Shown here: positions 1-9,011 of the stretch, one piece after another
How positions within the stretch are numbered: position 1 is the first letter of the stretch
Layout: every line of letters starts with the position of its first letter
Source of the DNA: Promethearchaeia archaeon
GTDB taxonomy: Archaea; Asgardarchaeota; Lokiarchaeia; Sigyniarchaeales; SOKP01
DNA: 64,000 nt
Reading direction: 5' to 3'
Assembly (NCBI GenBank): GCA_029856155.1
Contig: JAHQWL010000040.1
Coordinates: 32,001-96,000 of the forward strand
Program-made: the position numbers and the translations under genes
Notes under the pieces: model-generated
The model's input: the letters and a program-made list of their open reading frames with translations, nothing else
Told to the model about the DNA's origin: nothing
Databases searched by the model: none

Positions 1-2
1 AT

Positions 3-269
3 ATAGGTTTAGGCTTTGGAGGTACGCACTATGCTCCAAATTTTAATAGATTAATCAGAAATACGAATATAGCTATGTCTTTCATATGTCCAAAATATTA
101 CATTCAAGAATTAAATAAAGATATAATTGAGCAAATGGTAAATAATACTCTTGAAAAGGTTGATTATTTTCTTATTGATTGGAAAGGGACAAATTCCGAA
201 GATAAAAAACATCTAATACCTCTTTTAGAAGAATTTAATATCCCAATAAAGAAAACAAAAGATATGTAA
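3..269 (+). CDS. dtdA: D-aminoacyl-tRNA deacylase, archaeal type (5'-truncated by window edge)
   Basis: Frame is open from position 3: IGLGFGGTHYAPNF...ICPKY...IDWKG, the GGxHYAP and DWK motifs of archaeal DtdA/GEK1. Confidence 0.85.
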   Translation: MGLGFGGTHYAPNFNRLIRNTNIAMSFICPKYYIQELNKDIIEQMVNNTLEKVDYFLIDWKGTNSEDKKHLIPLLEEFNIPIKKTKDM

Positions 270-315
270 TATAAATTAATAAAATTAAATTAAAAATAAA
301 ATAAATGATAGTCTT

Positions 316-1218
316 ATGTTAGGAAAAAACCTTACTATAATTGGTGGTTCTGGTGGCATGGGTAAAGTTTTTGGAGAATTTTTTAAAAGATATGGCTTTA
401 AAATTACATTACATGCAAGAAATTTAGAAAGATTAGAGAATGTTGCTCATGAATTTGACGTAAATTATGAGTCTTCTTTAGAAGAGAGTGTGAAAGATGC
501 AGACATAATTTTAGTTTCAATTCCAATTACATCTACTGTTAGTATGATTCAAAAGATTGCCCCATTATTAAAAAAAAATGCCTTACTCATCGATATTACA
601 TCAATAAAAAACACAGTTGTGAATACAATGAAAAAGATTATTAAAGCTTATCCGATCAATTGCTTGTCACTACATCCTATGTTTGGTCCCGGTATAAAAG
701 ATATGAAAAATTATGTTATGATTGTTTTAAAAGTTGGTGGAACGGAAAAGTATGATGATTTAGTAGATGAATTGATAGCTTTATTTGAATTAAATGGGCT
801 AATAATTACTGAGACTACACCTGACATTCATGATAGACGAATTGCTTTAACCCTAGGAGTACCTCATATGTTTAACATTCTCTTTTTAAATCTTATTAGA
901 AGGTCAAAAGAGCCTTTAACTGAATTAACGAAATATACTGGTACTACATTCTTGTTACAAAAAGTTTTCGCTGAGAGTATAATTCAAAGAGAGAGAGAAA
1001 TGTTTGCAGAAATTCAAATAGAAAATCAAGAATTTCATAAAGTGTTAAATTTATTAGAAAGCTTAATAAAAGAATATAAAACAATAATTCAAAAGAAGAA
1101 TATATCTAAGTTCAATCAGATTTTTAACGAAGCATTAGATTATTCTAAAGAAGATAATGATTTTAAAGATTCTTATAGATATTTTTATGATTTTATGAAA
1201 ATTTTAAAACAAGAATAG
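316..1218 (+). CDS. tyrA: Prephenate dehydrogenase
   Basis: GGSGGMG Rossmann motif, DITSIK, HPMFGP, HD..IA. Confidence 0.9.
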   Translation: MLGKNLTIIGGSGGMGKVFGEFFKRYGFKITLHARNLERLENVAHEFDVNYESSLEESVKDADIILVSIPITSTVSMIQKIAPLLKKNALLIDITSIKNTVVNTMKKIIKAYPINCLSLHPMFGPGIKDMKNYVMIVLKVGGTEKYDDLVDELIALFELNGLIITETTPDIHDRRIALTLGVPHMFNILFLNLIRRSKEPLTELTKYTGTTFLLQKVFAESIIQREREMFAEIQIENQEFHKVLNLLESLIKEYKTIIQKKNISKFNQIFNEALDYSKEDNDFKDSYRYFYDFMKILKQE

Positions 1219-1264
1219 GAAGTATAATTAAATTTATTATTTATAACGACATAAATAATTTCGT

Positions 1265-1699
1265 CTACTGCTTTTTTTTCCTTATTATTTTTATTATAAT
1301 AAATCCTACAAAACCAGCAGTAAAAAATAATAATGTTCGAAAGGGAAATATCCCATCATTTCTATAAATATAAATATCAGTAGCTATAGATATAAAAGTA
1401 CATAATATTAATCCACATAAACCTATAATAAGTAATTCTATTTCCAAGGGTCTCTTATTCCCCCTTTTTATAGAATGGTAATACTTCCTTGGTGTTATTC
1501 CAATAAAAAAACCTCCAATAACAAATAGTAGCCATCCAATAATATAATATAAAGGAGATATAATTATCTCAATTACAAAACACATTATGAAATAATAAAT
1601 AAATGAAAAGGTTCCAATAAAAAAAAGAACTACGCCACTGAGAAGGAGTACATTTATTATTTTTGATGAAATTACCATACTAAATAATTTAACCTTCAA
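1265..1699 (-). CDS. Hypothetical membrane protein (~4 TM)
   Basis: 144-aa ORF with four hydrophobic segments. Confidence 0.6.
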   Translation of the reverse strand: MKVKLFSMVISSKIINVLLLSGVVLFFIGTFSFIYYFIMCFVIEIIISPLYYIIGWLLFVIGGFFIGITPRKYYHSIKRGNKRPLEIELLIIGLCGLILCTFISIATDIYIYRNDGIFPFRTLLFFTAGFVGFIIIKIIRKKKQ

Positions 1700-1850
1700 T
1701 TGACTATTTATATATTTCGAATTAAAATATGGAAAATTATTTAGTGCATTATAAATATTTAAAACAAAACACTAAAAGTACCAATATAAACTAAATTTTA
1801 TATTTATGCTCTAATTATATTGAATAGTCTATATAAATTTATTAAAGTGA

Positions 1851-2660
1851 ATGTTTACCTTGAATCTTGGGAAAAGAATAAGATTAGAACGGATTTTTGA
1901 TAGGAAAAGCAAAAAAACTATAATAATTCCAATGGATCACGGATTGACTATGGGTACTATCCCCGGATTAGAAGATTTAGCAGGAATGGTGGATAAAGTT
2001 GCCTTAGGAGGAGCAAATGCTGTTTTAATGCATTCTGGGATGGTTAGTGCAGGCCATAGGCAATATGGAAAGGATATTGGGTTGATTATTCATTTATCAG
2101 GAGCTACTAGTTTATCACCTCACCCTAATAGAAAGGTTTTAGTTTGTTCTGTTGAGCGTGCTTTAAAAATGGGAGCAGATGCGGTTTCAATACATATAAA
2201 TATTGGTGCAGAGGATGAACCAGAAATGCTTCAAGATGCTCAAAAAATTGTGGAAAAAACTAGAGAATGGGGTGTGCCCTTAATAGCAATGATGTATCCA
2301 AGAGGAAAAAAAATTACAAATGAAAACGATCCTAATGTAGTTAATATTGCAGTTAGAGCGGGAGTTGAATTGGGAGCCGATGTAGTTAAAACAAATTATA
2401 CTGGAGATATTGATTCATTTAGCATGATTACTAAAGGAGTAAGACATATTCCAGTTATTATTGCGGGGGGTCCTAAAATGGACACCATTCCAGATTTACT
2501 CCAGATGGCGCAGGACTCGATTGAAGCAGGTGGATCAGGAGTTGCTTTTGGCAGAAATGTATTTCAATCGGAAGATCCTACAAAATTGGTTCGAGCTATA
2601 AGTAAAATCCTTCATGAGAATTATTCTGTAGGAGAAGTAATGAAAGAATTCAAATTTTAA
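1851..2660 (+). CDS. aroA': 2-amino-3,7-dideoxy-D-threo-hept-6-ulosonate synthase (AroA', class I aldolase family)
   Basis: [37 protein letters not shown]; nearby aromatic amino-acid genes. Confidence 0.8.
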   Translation: MFTLNLGKRIRLERIFDRKSKKTIIIPMDHGLTMGTIPGLEDLAGMVDKVALGGANAVLMHSGMVSAGHRQYGKDIGLIIHLSGATSLSPHPNRKVLVCSVERALKMGADAVSIHINIGAEDEPEMLQDAQKIVEKTREWGVPLIAMMYPRGKKITNENDPNVVNIAVRAGVELGADVVKTNYTGDIDSFSMITKGVRHIPVIIAGGPKMDTIPDLLQMAQDSIEAGGSGVAFGRNVFQSEDPTKLVRAISKILHENYSVGEVMKEFKF

Positions 2661-2676
2661 GAAGAATTGAAAGATA

Positions 2677-3546
2677 TTAAATAGACTCTTCTTTAATTTT
2701 TACGTAATATTTGATTAAATTTTTGAAGACATAGTTAGTAGGAGAAAATCCTTGTGTAGCGGTTTTTAGCAGGATTTTTTGAAGAAAATCACCATACTTA
2801 ACGTTTTGATCTAAAGTAACATTTAATTCTCTGATATTGAAGAAGCTACGAAAAAAGAGGGTTGGAAAATCAACTAATGGTTGTAGTACTTGACTATAGT
2901 AGTTCTTTCCCTCTTTAGTTAACTCTAATTCTTTTTTTATACTATAATGATAGTTTTTCCCTTTCTTTTTAATGTTAATGATTCCATCTGATTCGATTTC
3001 GTTCATGAAATTTTCGACATCAGTCAACTTTACATCTTTTATATTTAATTTGTTTAAGTTATCTAGTATTTCTTGATTTGTTTGGCCTTTCAACTTCATT
3101 AGCGTATAATTTCTGGCAATAATATTATATTTTAATGGAACAGATTCATGATCTAATTTATTGTATTGTATTAGATTTCCTAAAATCTCTTTTGCGACGA
3201 AATATTTTAATATTAGTTGATCTTCCTTAGAAAAATCATTTTTAAATAGCTCAGAATCAAAATAAGAACCATAAAAGGTTTGTAATAAAGTTTTTACTGA
3301 ATAAAAGCCATCCAATGTTGCTTGTTCAACGTTTTTTAGAACTGTAATTCTGTAATCAATATCTTTTAAAAATCTGTCTTTATCAAGAGGTATTTGGCAA
3401 ATAATATGAGGTTCAATATTAAGAGGCTCCAAATATTCGTCCCATTTTTTCTTAAAACGAGGAGATTGAGTTTTTACTATTCCTGATAATTTGTAAACCA
3501 CTTCACAAAGTTTATTTAGAAATTGTTCTTCTGAAACTTCAGTCAT
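2677..3546 (-). CDS. Hypothetical protein (possible winged-helix region)
   Basis: 289-aa ORF; no family recognised with confidence. Confidence 0.65.
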   Translation of the reverse strand: MTEVSEEQFLNKLCEVVYKLSGIVKTQSPRFKKKWDEYLEPLNIEPHIICQIPLDKDRFLKDIDYRITVLKNVEQATLDGFYSVKTLLQTFYGSYFDSELFKNDFSKEDQLILKYFVAKEILGNLIQYNKLDHESVPLKYNIIARNYTLMKLKGQTNQEILDNLNKLNIKDVKLTDVENFMNEIESDGIINIKKKGKNYHYSIKKELELTKEGKNYYSQVLQPLVDFPTLFFRSFFNIRELNVTLDQNVKYGDFLQKILLKTATQGFSPTNYVFKNLIKYYVKIKEESI

Positions 3547-3757
3547 CTACGAAATACCTTAACCTTATTCTATTTTTTTTTAACCTATTAATAATATTGT
3601 AACCTATAAATTTTTAAATTTTAAACAAAAAATTAATTGCGATAATTTACAAAACGATATAAATAATTAACTAAGATATTAAATAAAATTGATCGTAATA
3701 TTTGTATATAAATACGATTGTAAATTGAGCTAAACAAATGAAAATTGAGATTGATGA

Positions 3758-4168
3758 GTGTTAATGAATATGAGTGAAAAAAACTTAGAACATATAGCCA
3801 TTGCTGCAAATAACGAAAGCGATTCAGATAATTTTTTTATTGAATTATTAGGGTTAGAAAAAACAAGATCATTTACTGTCTCACCCGATTTGATTGAAAA
3901 ATTCTTTGGTATAAGTAAAGAACAAAAAATTATACGATATGAAAAAGGTTCTCTAAGTTTTGAAGTTTTTATTACTAATGATGAAAGTAATGCACAGGAC
4001 ACTTTTACTCACTCATGCTTATTAATAGAAAACAGAGATGATTTTGTTAAGAGGGCAAGCTCAATGGGATATGATATAGTGAAAGTTCCAAGGAAAGACG
4101 GTGTTGGATATTATCTTTTTATTAAAGATTCTTTTCAAAATCTATATGAAATAAAGGAAAAAATATAA
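3758..4168 (+). CDS. VOC/glyoxalase family protein
   Basis: LEHIAI..FF..LLGL, HSCL, FIKDSFQNLYEI pattern; true start may be a downstream ATG. Confidence 0.75.
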   Translation: MLMNMSEKNLEHIAIAANNESDSDNFFIELLGLEKTRSFTVSPDLIEKFFGISKEQKIIRYEKGSLSFEVFITNDESNAQDTFTHSCLLIENRDDFVKRASSMGYDIVKVPRKDGVGYYLFIKDSFQNLYEIKEKI

Positions 4169-4179
4169 TCCTATTAATC

Positions 4180-4602
4180 TTAATTATCTAAAATCCCTGA
4201 ACTCTTAATAATGTCCAAATGATCAAAAGCTAATTTTAATGAAGAAAGATTTGATAAGGGTACAACTTCTAGGGCAGCAGCGTCGTCTAAAGCTTTTGGT
4301 TTCTCCCTTTTTGTTAATGGTTCACATAAATAAGCTATAGTAACAGTGTGTCCTCTTGGATCTCTCTTTGGATCGGAGAAAATTCCAATAAGTTTTAGAA
4401 TTTTCACTGTAATATTTGTTTCCTCTTTCACTTCACGAATACAAGCATTTTCAACAGTTTCTCCTACGTCAACAAATCCTCCAGGTAATGCAAATTGCCC
4501 CTGAAAAGGATGATTTTTGCGCCGGATTAAGACAATATCCTTTTTATTATTTAATAGGATTAAAGCATCAACCGTTAATAATGGTGTAACTGGTTTGGGC
4601 AT
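4180..4602 (-). CDS. NUDIX hydrolase (ADP-ribose pyrophosphatase-like)
   Basis: Nudix box GGFVDVGETVENACIREVKEET and RDPRGH. Confidence 0.92.
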   Translation of the reverse strand: MPKPVTPLLTVDALILLNNKKDIVLIRRKNHPFQGQFALPGGFVDVGETVENACIREVKEETNITVKILKLIGIFSDPKRDPRGHTVTIAYLCEPLTKREKPKALDDAAALEVVPLSNLSSLKLAFDHLDIIKSSGILDN

Positions 4603-4631
4603 ATTTATACACCTGTTTTATAGAATTCTTA

Positions 4632-5453
4632 TTATTCATCCCATACTGCTGATGCAAGTAAATGTTCGATTCTAGTTTTCCGTGGTCTAATAAACTCTGT
4701 ATGATGTTCCTTTCGTTCCAGTAATAAATTCTTCTTAAGATTGGTTGAATTAACTATATAAACTTCTAAATTACCTTCATTAAGAAATATATGATTAAAA
4801 CTAGGGGAATCATTAGCGCGGATTTTATTTGAAGTTGAAGTACCACTGTAAAGAAAAGTTGTACTTGAGGAATTCTTCCAAGAAATGGTATACGCATGAG
4901 GAACATGGCGATGGCCCATTAGTACTAGATCTATTTCAAATAAATTAGTAAACTCTAAAATTTCTCCTGCATCTCGAACTGTTGTAAATTTTTGTCCAGA
5001 CATTGGAATTGGAATTAAATGGTGATGTAATGCTATTACTCTATCTTCTAAATTCCGGTTAAATTGACGGCCTAACCAATCCAATTGCTCATCTCCAATC
5101 ATTCCTTCCGCCATATCGTCTCTAGCGGAACAAACACCTACTATCAATGCATTCTTTTCCTCTAGAATCATTCTAGACCTTCTTGGTCCAATAAGTTTCT
5201 CAAAAAATATGAGCCCTGAATTTTTTGCATCATGATTGCCTGGTACTGCAATAAACTTAGTAATATCCTTTATTCTATTTATATATTGAACTACTTTTTC
5301 AAATTGATTAACCCGTCCTTTATGTACGAGGTCCCCAGTGCAAATTACGACATCAGGATGAGTTTCTTTAATATAACTAATAATGTTTTCAAAACAATCT
5401 TCTCGGAATTCACTTCCGTAATGTAAATCGCTAATTTGTATAATTTCTACCAA
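4632..5453 (-). CDS. Calcineurin-like metallophosphoesterase (Icc/CpdA-like)
   Basis: SDLH, TGDL, PGNHD, LHHH, GHRH motifs. Confidence 0.9.
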   Translation of the reverse strand: MVEIIQISDLHYGSEFREDCFENIISYIKETHPDVVICTGDLVHKGRVNQFEKVVQYINRIKDITKFIAVPGNHDAKNSGLIFFEKLIGPRRSRMILEEKNALIVGVCSARDDMAEGMIGDEQLDWLGRQFNRNLEDRVIALHHHLIPIPMSGQKFTTVRDAGEILEFTNLFEIDLVLMGHRHVPHAYTISWKNSSSTTFLYSGTSTSNKIRANDSPSFNHIFLNEGNLEVYIVNSTNLKKNLLLERKEHHTEFIRPRKTRIEHLLASAVWDE

Positions 5454-5616
5454 TTTTCAGCATCTCCTCATCATGAGGTTAATTTTTAAGAGAGAATTTC
5501 TATATTTATAAATTTATTAATTAGTACTAAATTTAAAATGTTTTTGATGAGATAAAAATCTTAAATAAAAAAAAATAGTTTGAAAAAATTCAAGTTAAAC
5601 AAAAACTAAGATAGTT

Positions 5617-5799
5617 TTAGTTATAGCTCTCTACATTGAGAGAGTGAATTGTCATTGCGAGCTTTTGATGTAAATTACGCTGTTCTGCTAATGATATAAG
5701 AGTGTTTTCATTATCGCAATTAAAACAAACGCCATTAACAATTATATAACGTAATTCTCCACATTGTGGACATTTAAACTCCTTATATATAGCTTTCAT
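5617..5799 (-). CDS. Small zinc-ribbon protein
   Basis: CPQC...CFNC in 60 aa; AGGA-like/GGAG-like purine run upstream. Confidence 0.6.
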   Translation of the reverse strand: MKAIYKEFKCPQCGELRYIIVNGVCFNCDNENTLISLAEQRNLHQKLAMTIHSLNVESYN

Positions 5800-5836
5800 T
5801 GTTTTTTCTCCTAAATTTGTAATTTTAATATATAAA

Positions 5837-5995
5837 TTAAATTTGATTTAATTTTGTTATTTTATCGATATCTTGTTTAATTTTTTCAATTATACCATCG
5901 ATAGATTTTTCGAGTGGTGTCTGTAAAACTTCTTTTTTTAATATGATATATTCATCCTTTTGGATTAGTAATGTTAATAGATATCGATTAAACAT
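5837..5995 (-). CDS. Putative 52-aa small protein (not in ORF track)
   Basis: ATG..TAA open frame MFNRYLLTLLIQKDEYIILKKEVLQTPLEKSIDGIIEKIKQDIDKITKLNQI, co-oriented just upstream of the zinc-ribbon gene. Confidence 0.4.
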   Translation of the reverse strand: MFNRYLLTLLIQKDEYIILKKEVLQTPLEKSIDGIIEKIKQDIDKITKLNQI

Positions 5996-6154
5996 TTTTA
6001 ATATATAGTTTCTCTATTTTTCTTTATTATTATAGAAAAAAAATAGAGTTTTAAGCACTCTCGTTATATAATATAGAGTCTATATAGTCTATATAGAAAG
6101 AAGGAGGAATGAAAAATATTAATTCAATGAAATTTTAGAGCCTATTTTTTTCTT

Positions 6155-7957
6155 CTATTTTGGTATTCCTTCTGAATCCCAACCTCTAATATTATAATAT
6201 TTCTCTAACATGTCTTTAAGGGGTGGTATATTCCCTTTTGTTCCTCCTTTAGGGATGGGAATTGAAAATCTTGTTCCGATTGAATCATCCTTTTTTGTAA
6301 TACCACATTTTATATTGTATTTTCTTTTTAAATTAAATAGATTTTCGCCAATACTTACCCAATCTTCAATTGTATAGGACCTCCCTGTGATTGCATTAAC
6401 AGCATCCACCCATGGACTGATCTCACTAGAATAAAAAAAGCCAAACATACATCCTCCTGTTGCTGTGTATGATTCGCAAGCATCTTGTATTTTTTTGACT
6501 GCATTTATGACTTCCTCACCTCCAGAAAATGCATCAATTCTTTCAGTAAGTCCTAATTCCTTTTTAAAATGTGTAGAAAATGATAAGTGAAATGGTTCAT
6601 AACCATGGTATGCCCCACGAGAAGATGTGGCGAAATCTAATGCTGTCATATTGTTCGAACGAGGTTCATGAGCAGGTACTTCAAGACCTTTTCCTTGTAT
6701 GTTAAGATCATCTGGTAAATTATTATTTTGACAAAATATCCGAACACCATCAGCCAAATCGTTCCCAATTTCTTTTCGAAATGCAATTAACTCGATTAAA
6801 TTTTCAATTGCTGAAGTGGCACCCCAAATAGTATATTGATTCTTTTCTGGATCTTTTTCAAACCCTAGACCATTATAGTCAATTTCAATTAATTTTCGCT
6901 CTACCGCTTCTAGAAAAACTCCAAGAACTCCACCAAGAGAAATGCAATCCATCCCTAAATCATTAACCATAATGTTCCATCTAATTAAAGCTTCTAAATC
7001 ATCCATATATAAATTGGAACCCAACATTCCCAAGAATTCATATTCAGGCCATTCCACCCATTCATTATTATACTTAATTTTTCCTCTACAAGCAGTCCAA
7101 CAATTGAAACAAGAATAATGTTGTATTTCATAGTTATCTTTTAGTGAATAAAATCCAATCTTTTTTGTTCCTTTCCATCGACTTAGTGTGAAATTCTTAA
7201 TCGGTACATCTCCCGCACTAACGTAATTATCCATATGTGCAGGAGTACCTACATCATGCATAACTACAGAAAAAGGTGTTGTTTTTGCTATTGTTCTTAT
7301 TCTTTGTGCCGCCTCCATTAATTTATCTTCATTATTGATAGGTACATCTTTAGTACCACGTATAACTATTGCCTTTAAATTTTTACTTCCCATTACTGCA
7401 CCCATACCGCAACGCCCTGCAGCATGACCTTTTTCGCTCATAATTGAAGCGAATTTAACAAGATTCTCTCCTGCTGGTCCTATTGAAGCAACTTTTACTT
7501 TATCATCACCGATTTCTTTCTTTAACAAATCTTCTGTTTCTCGGGTTCCTTTTCCCCATAATTCTGTAGCATCCCGAAATTCAACATTATCATTATGAAT
7601 CCATAAATAGACAGGATTCTCACTTTTTCTGCTAAATATAATATGATCATAACCTGCTTTCTTCAATTCATTTCCAAAAAAGCCACCAGCAGAAGATTCA
7701 CCTAAAATCTTGGTTAACGGGGATTTTGCCATAACAAAATGTCTACCACAGTATGGGACAGGAGTTCCACAAATTGGACCTAAAGAGAAGATAAGGAGAT
7801 TTTGAGCATCAAAAGGATCAATAGCGGGGGGAACTTCTTTGATAAAGATTGCAGCAGCTACTCCAGCCCCTCCAATATATTTTTCTTCTAATTCAGGATC
7901 TACAATTTCTGTAGTAAAGTTCTTAGCTTCTAAATCAATTCTTAATATTTTTCCCAT
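6155..7957 (-). CDS. aor: Tungsten aldehyde:ferredoxin oxidoreductase family protein
   Basis: KSPLT, IGPAGENLV, AAGRCGMGAVMGSKNLKA, CFNC...C, PEYE, DDxGxD-like NDLGMD, YY..RGWD. Confidence 0.92.
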   Translation of the reverse strand: MGKILRIDLEAKNFTTEIVDPELEEKYIGGAGVAAAIFIKEVPPAIDPFDAQNLLIFSLGPICGTPVPYCGRHFVMAKSPLTKILGESSAGGFFGNELKKAGYDHIIFSRKSENPVYLWIHNDNVEFRDATELWGKGTRETEDLLKKEIGDDKVKVASIGPAGENLVKFASIMSEKGHAAGRCGMGAVMGSKNLKAIVIRGTKDVPINNEDKLMEAAQRIRTIAKTTPFSVVMHDVGTPAHMDNYVSAGDVPIKNFTLSRWKGTKKIGFYSLKDNYEIQHYSCFNCWTACRGKIKYNNEWVEWPEYEFLGMLGSNLYMDDLEALIRWNIMVNDLGMDCISLGGVLGVFLEAVERKLIEIDYNGLGFEKDPEKNQYTIWGATSAIENLIELIAFRKEIGNDLADGVRIFCQNNNLPDDLNIQGKGLEVPAHEPRSNNMTALDFATSSRGAYHGYEPFHLSFSTHFKKELGLTERIDAFSGGEEVINAVKKIQDACESYTATGGCMFGFFYSSEISPWVDAVNAITGRSYTIEDWVSIGENLFNLKRKYNIKCGITKKDDSIGTRFSIPIPKGGTKGNIPPLKDMLEKYYNIRGWDSEGIPK

Positions 7958-8066
7958 AGTTAATTCATCCTCATAATTAAAACTCTAACAATAATACTAT
8001 TGGATTTAATCATATTAAATAGTTTTTAATAGTTGATAATGAAGTTATTTCATTTATTTTTAAGAT

Positions 8067-8966
8067 TTAAAAATTATTATAATTAAAATCTGAAAAAAAT
8101 GATTTAATTTGGTCTTTTTTCTTACTAGAAAGCCATTCAGAATGATGATATGAAGGTTTGAAACCAATCTTTTCTGGTTTGGATAACCATAATGGATTGT
8201 ATGGTACAAATCCTATTCTCTTTATATGTAGAGTTTTTAAATAGCGTGCTAACTTACTTAAATTTTCTGATGTATCTGTTATATCAGGAATAAGGGGGAT
8301 TCTTGGTAGAACTTCTATATTTTGTTTATTAATTAAATTTTCAAAATTTTCCAAAATGCGCTCATTGGAAACTTTACAATATTGGGCGTGAAGATTAGGA
8401 TCGAACATCTTTAAATCAAAATAAATTAAATCAACATACGGTTGTATCAGCTCATCAAATTTATTTTTATTATATAACCCACATGTCTCAATACATATAT
8501 GGATCTCTTCTTTTTTAAGTTCTTTGAGTAGATTATGAACAAAATCCATATGGTAGAGAGGTTCTCCTCCAGAAAGGGTCACTCCTCCACCAGAATTATC
8601 ATAAAATACTTTGTCTTTTAAAATAATCTTCATTAATTCTTTGATTGTATACATTTTACCTACAAATTTTAAGGCATTATTAGGACAAAAATCTATACAA
8701 CGTCCACATAGGTTACATATCCTTCGATCTATACGATATTTATAATCGAATTTAATCGCATTTTGATTACATTCTTCTAAACATTTACCACATTCTGCAC
8801 ACAATTCCTTATCAAAATATAGTTCCATAAAAGGAGATTTTGCTTCTGGATTTTGACACCAAACGCAAGAAAGGGGACAACCTTTAAAAAAGATAAGTGT
8901 TCTAATTCCCGGACCATCATCTAACGCATTTCTTTTGATGTCTACTATAAGGGTTTTCTCTGTCAT
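8067..8966 (-). CDS. Glycyl-radical enzyme activating enzyme (radical SAM with ferredoxin insert)
   Basis: DGPGIRT, CPLSCVWCQNPE, two CxxCxxCxxxC motifs, SGGEP. Confidence 0.93.
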   Translation of the reverse strand: MTEKTLIVDIKRNALDDGPGIRTLIFFKGCPLSCVWCQNPEAKSPFMELYFDKELCAECGKCLEECNQNAIKFDYKYRIDRRICNLCGRCIDFCPNNALKFVGKMYTIKELMKIILKDKVFYDNSGGGVTLSGGEPLYHMDFVHNLLKELKKEEIHICIETCGLYNKNKFDELIQPYVDLIYFDLKMFDPNLHAQYCKVSNERILENFENLINKQNIEVLPRIPLIPDITDTSENLSKLARYLKTLHIKRIGFVPYNPLWLSKPEKIGFKPSYHHSEWLSSKKKDQIKSFFSDFNYNNF

Positions 8967-9011
8967 TATTTCAAGAAATAAAAATTAAAAAATAAAAATA
9001 TTGCATATTTG

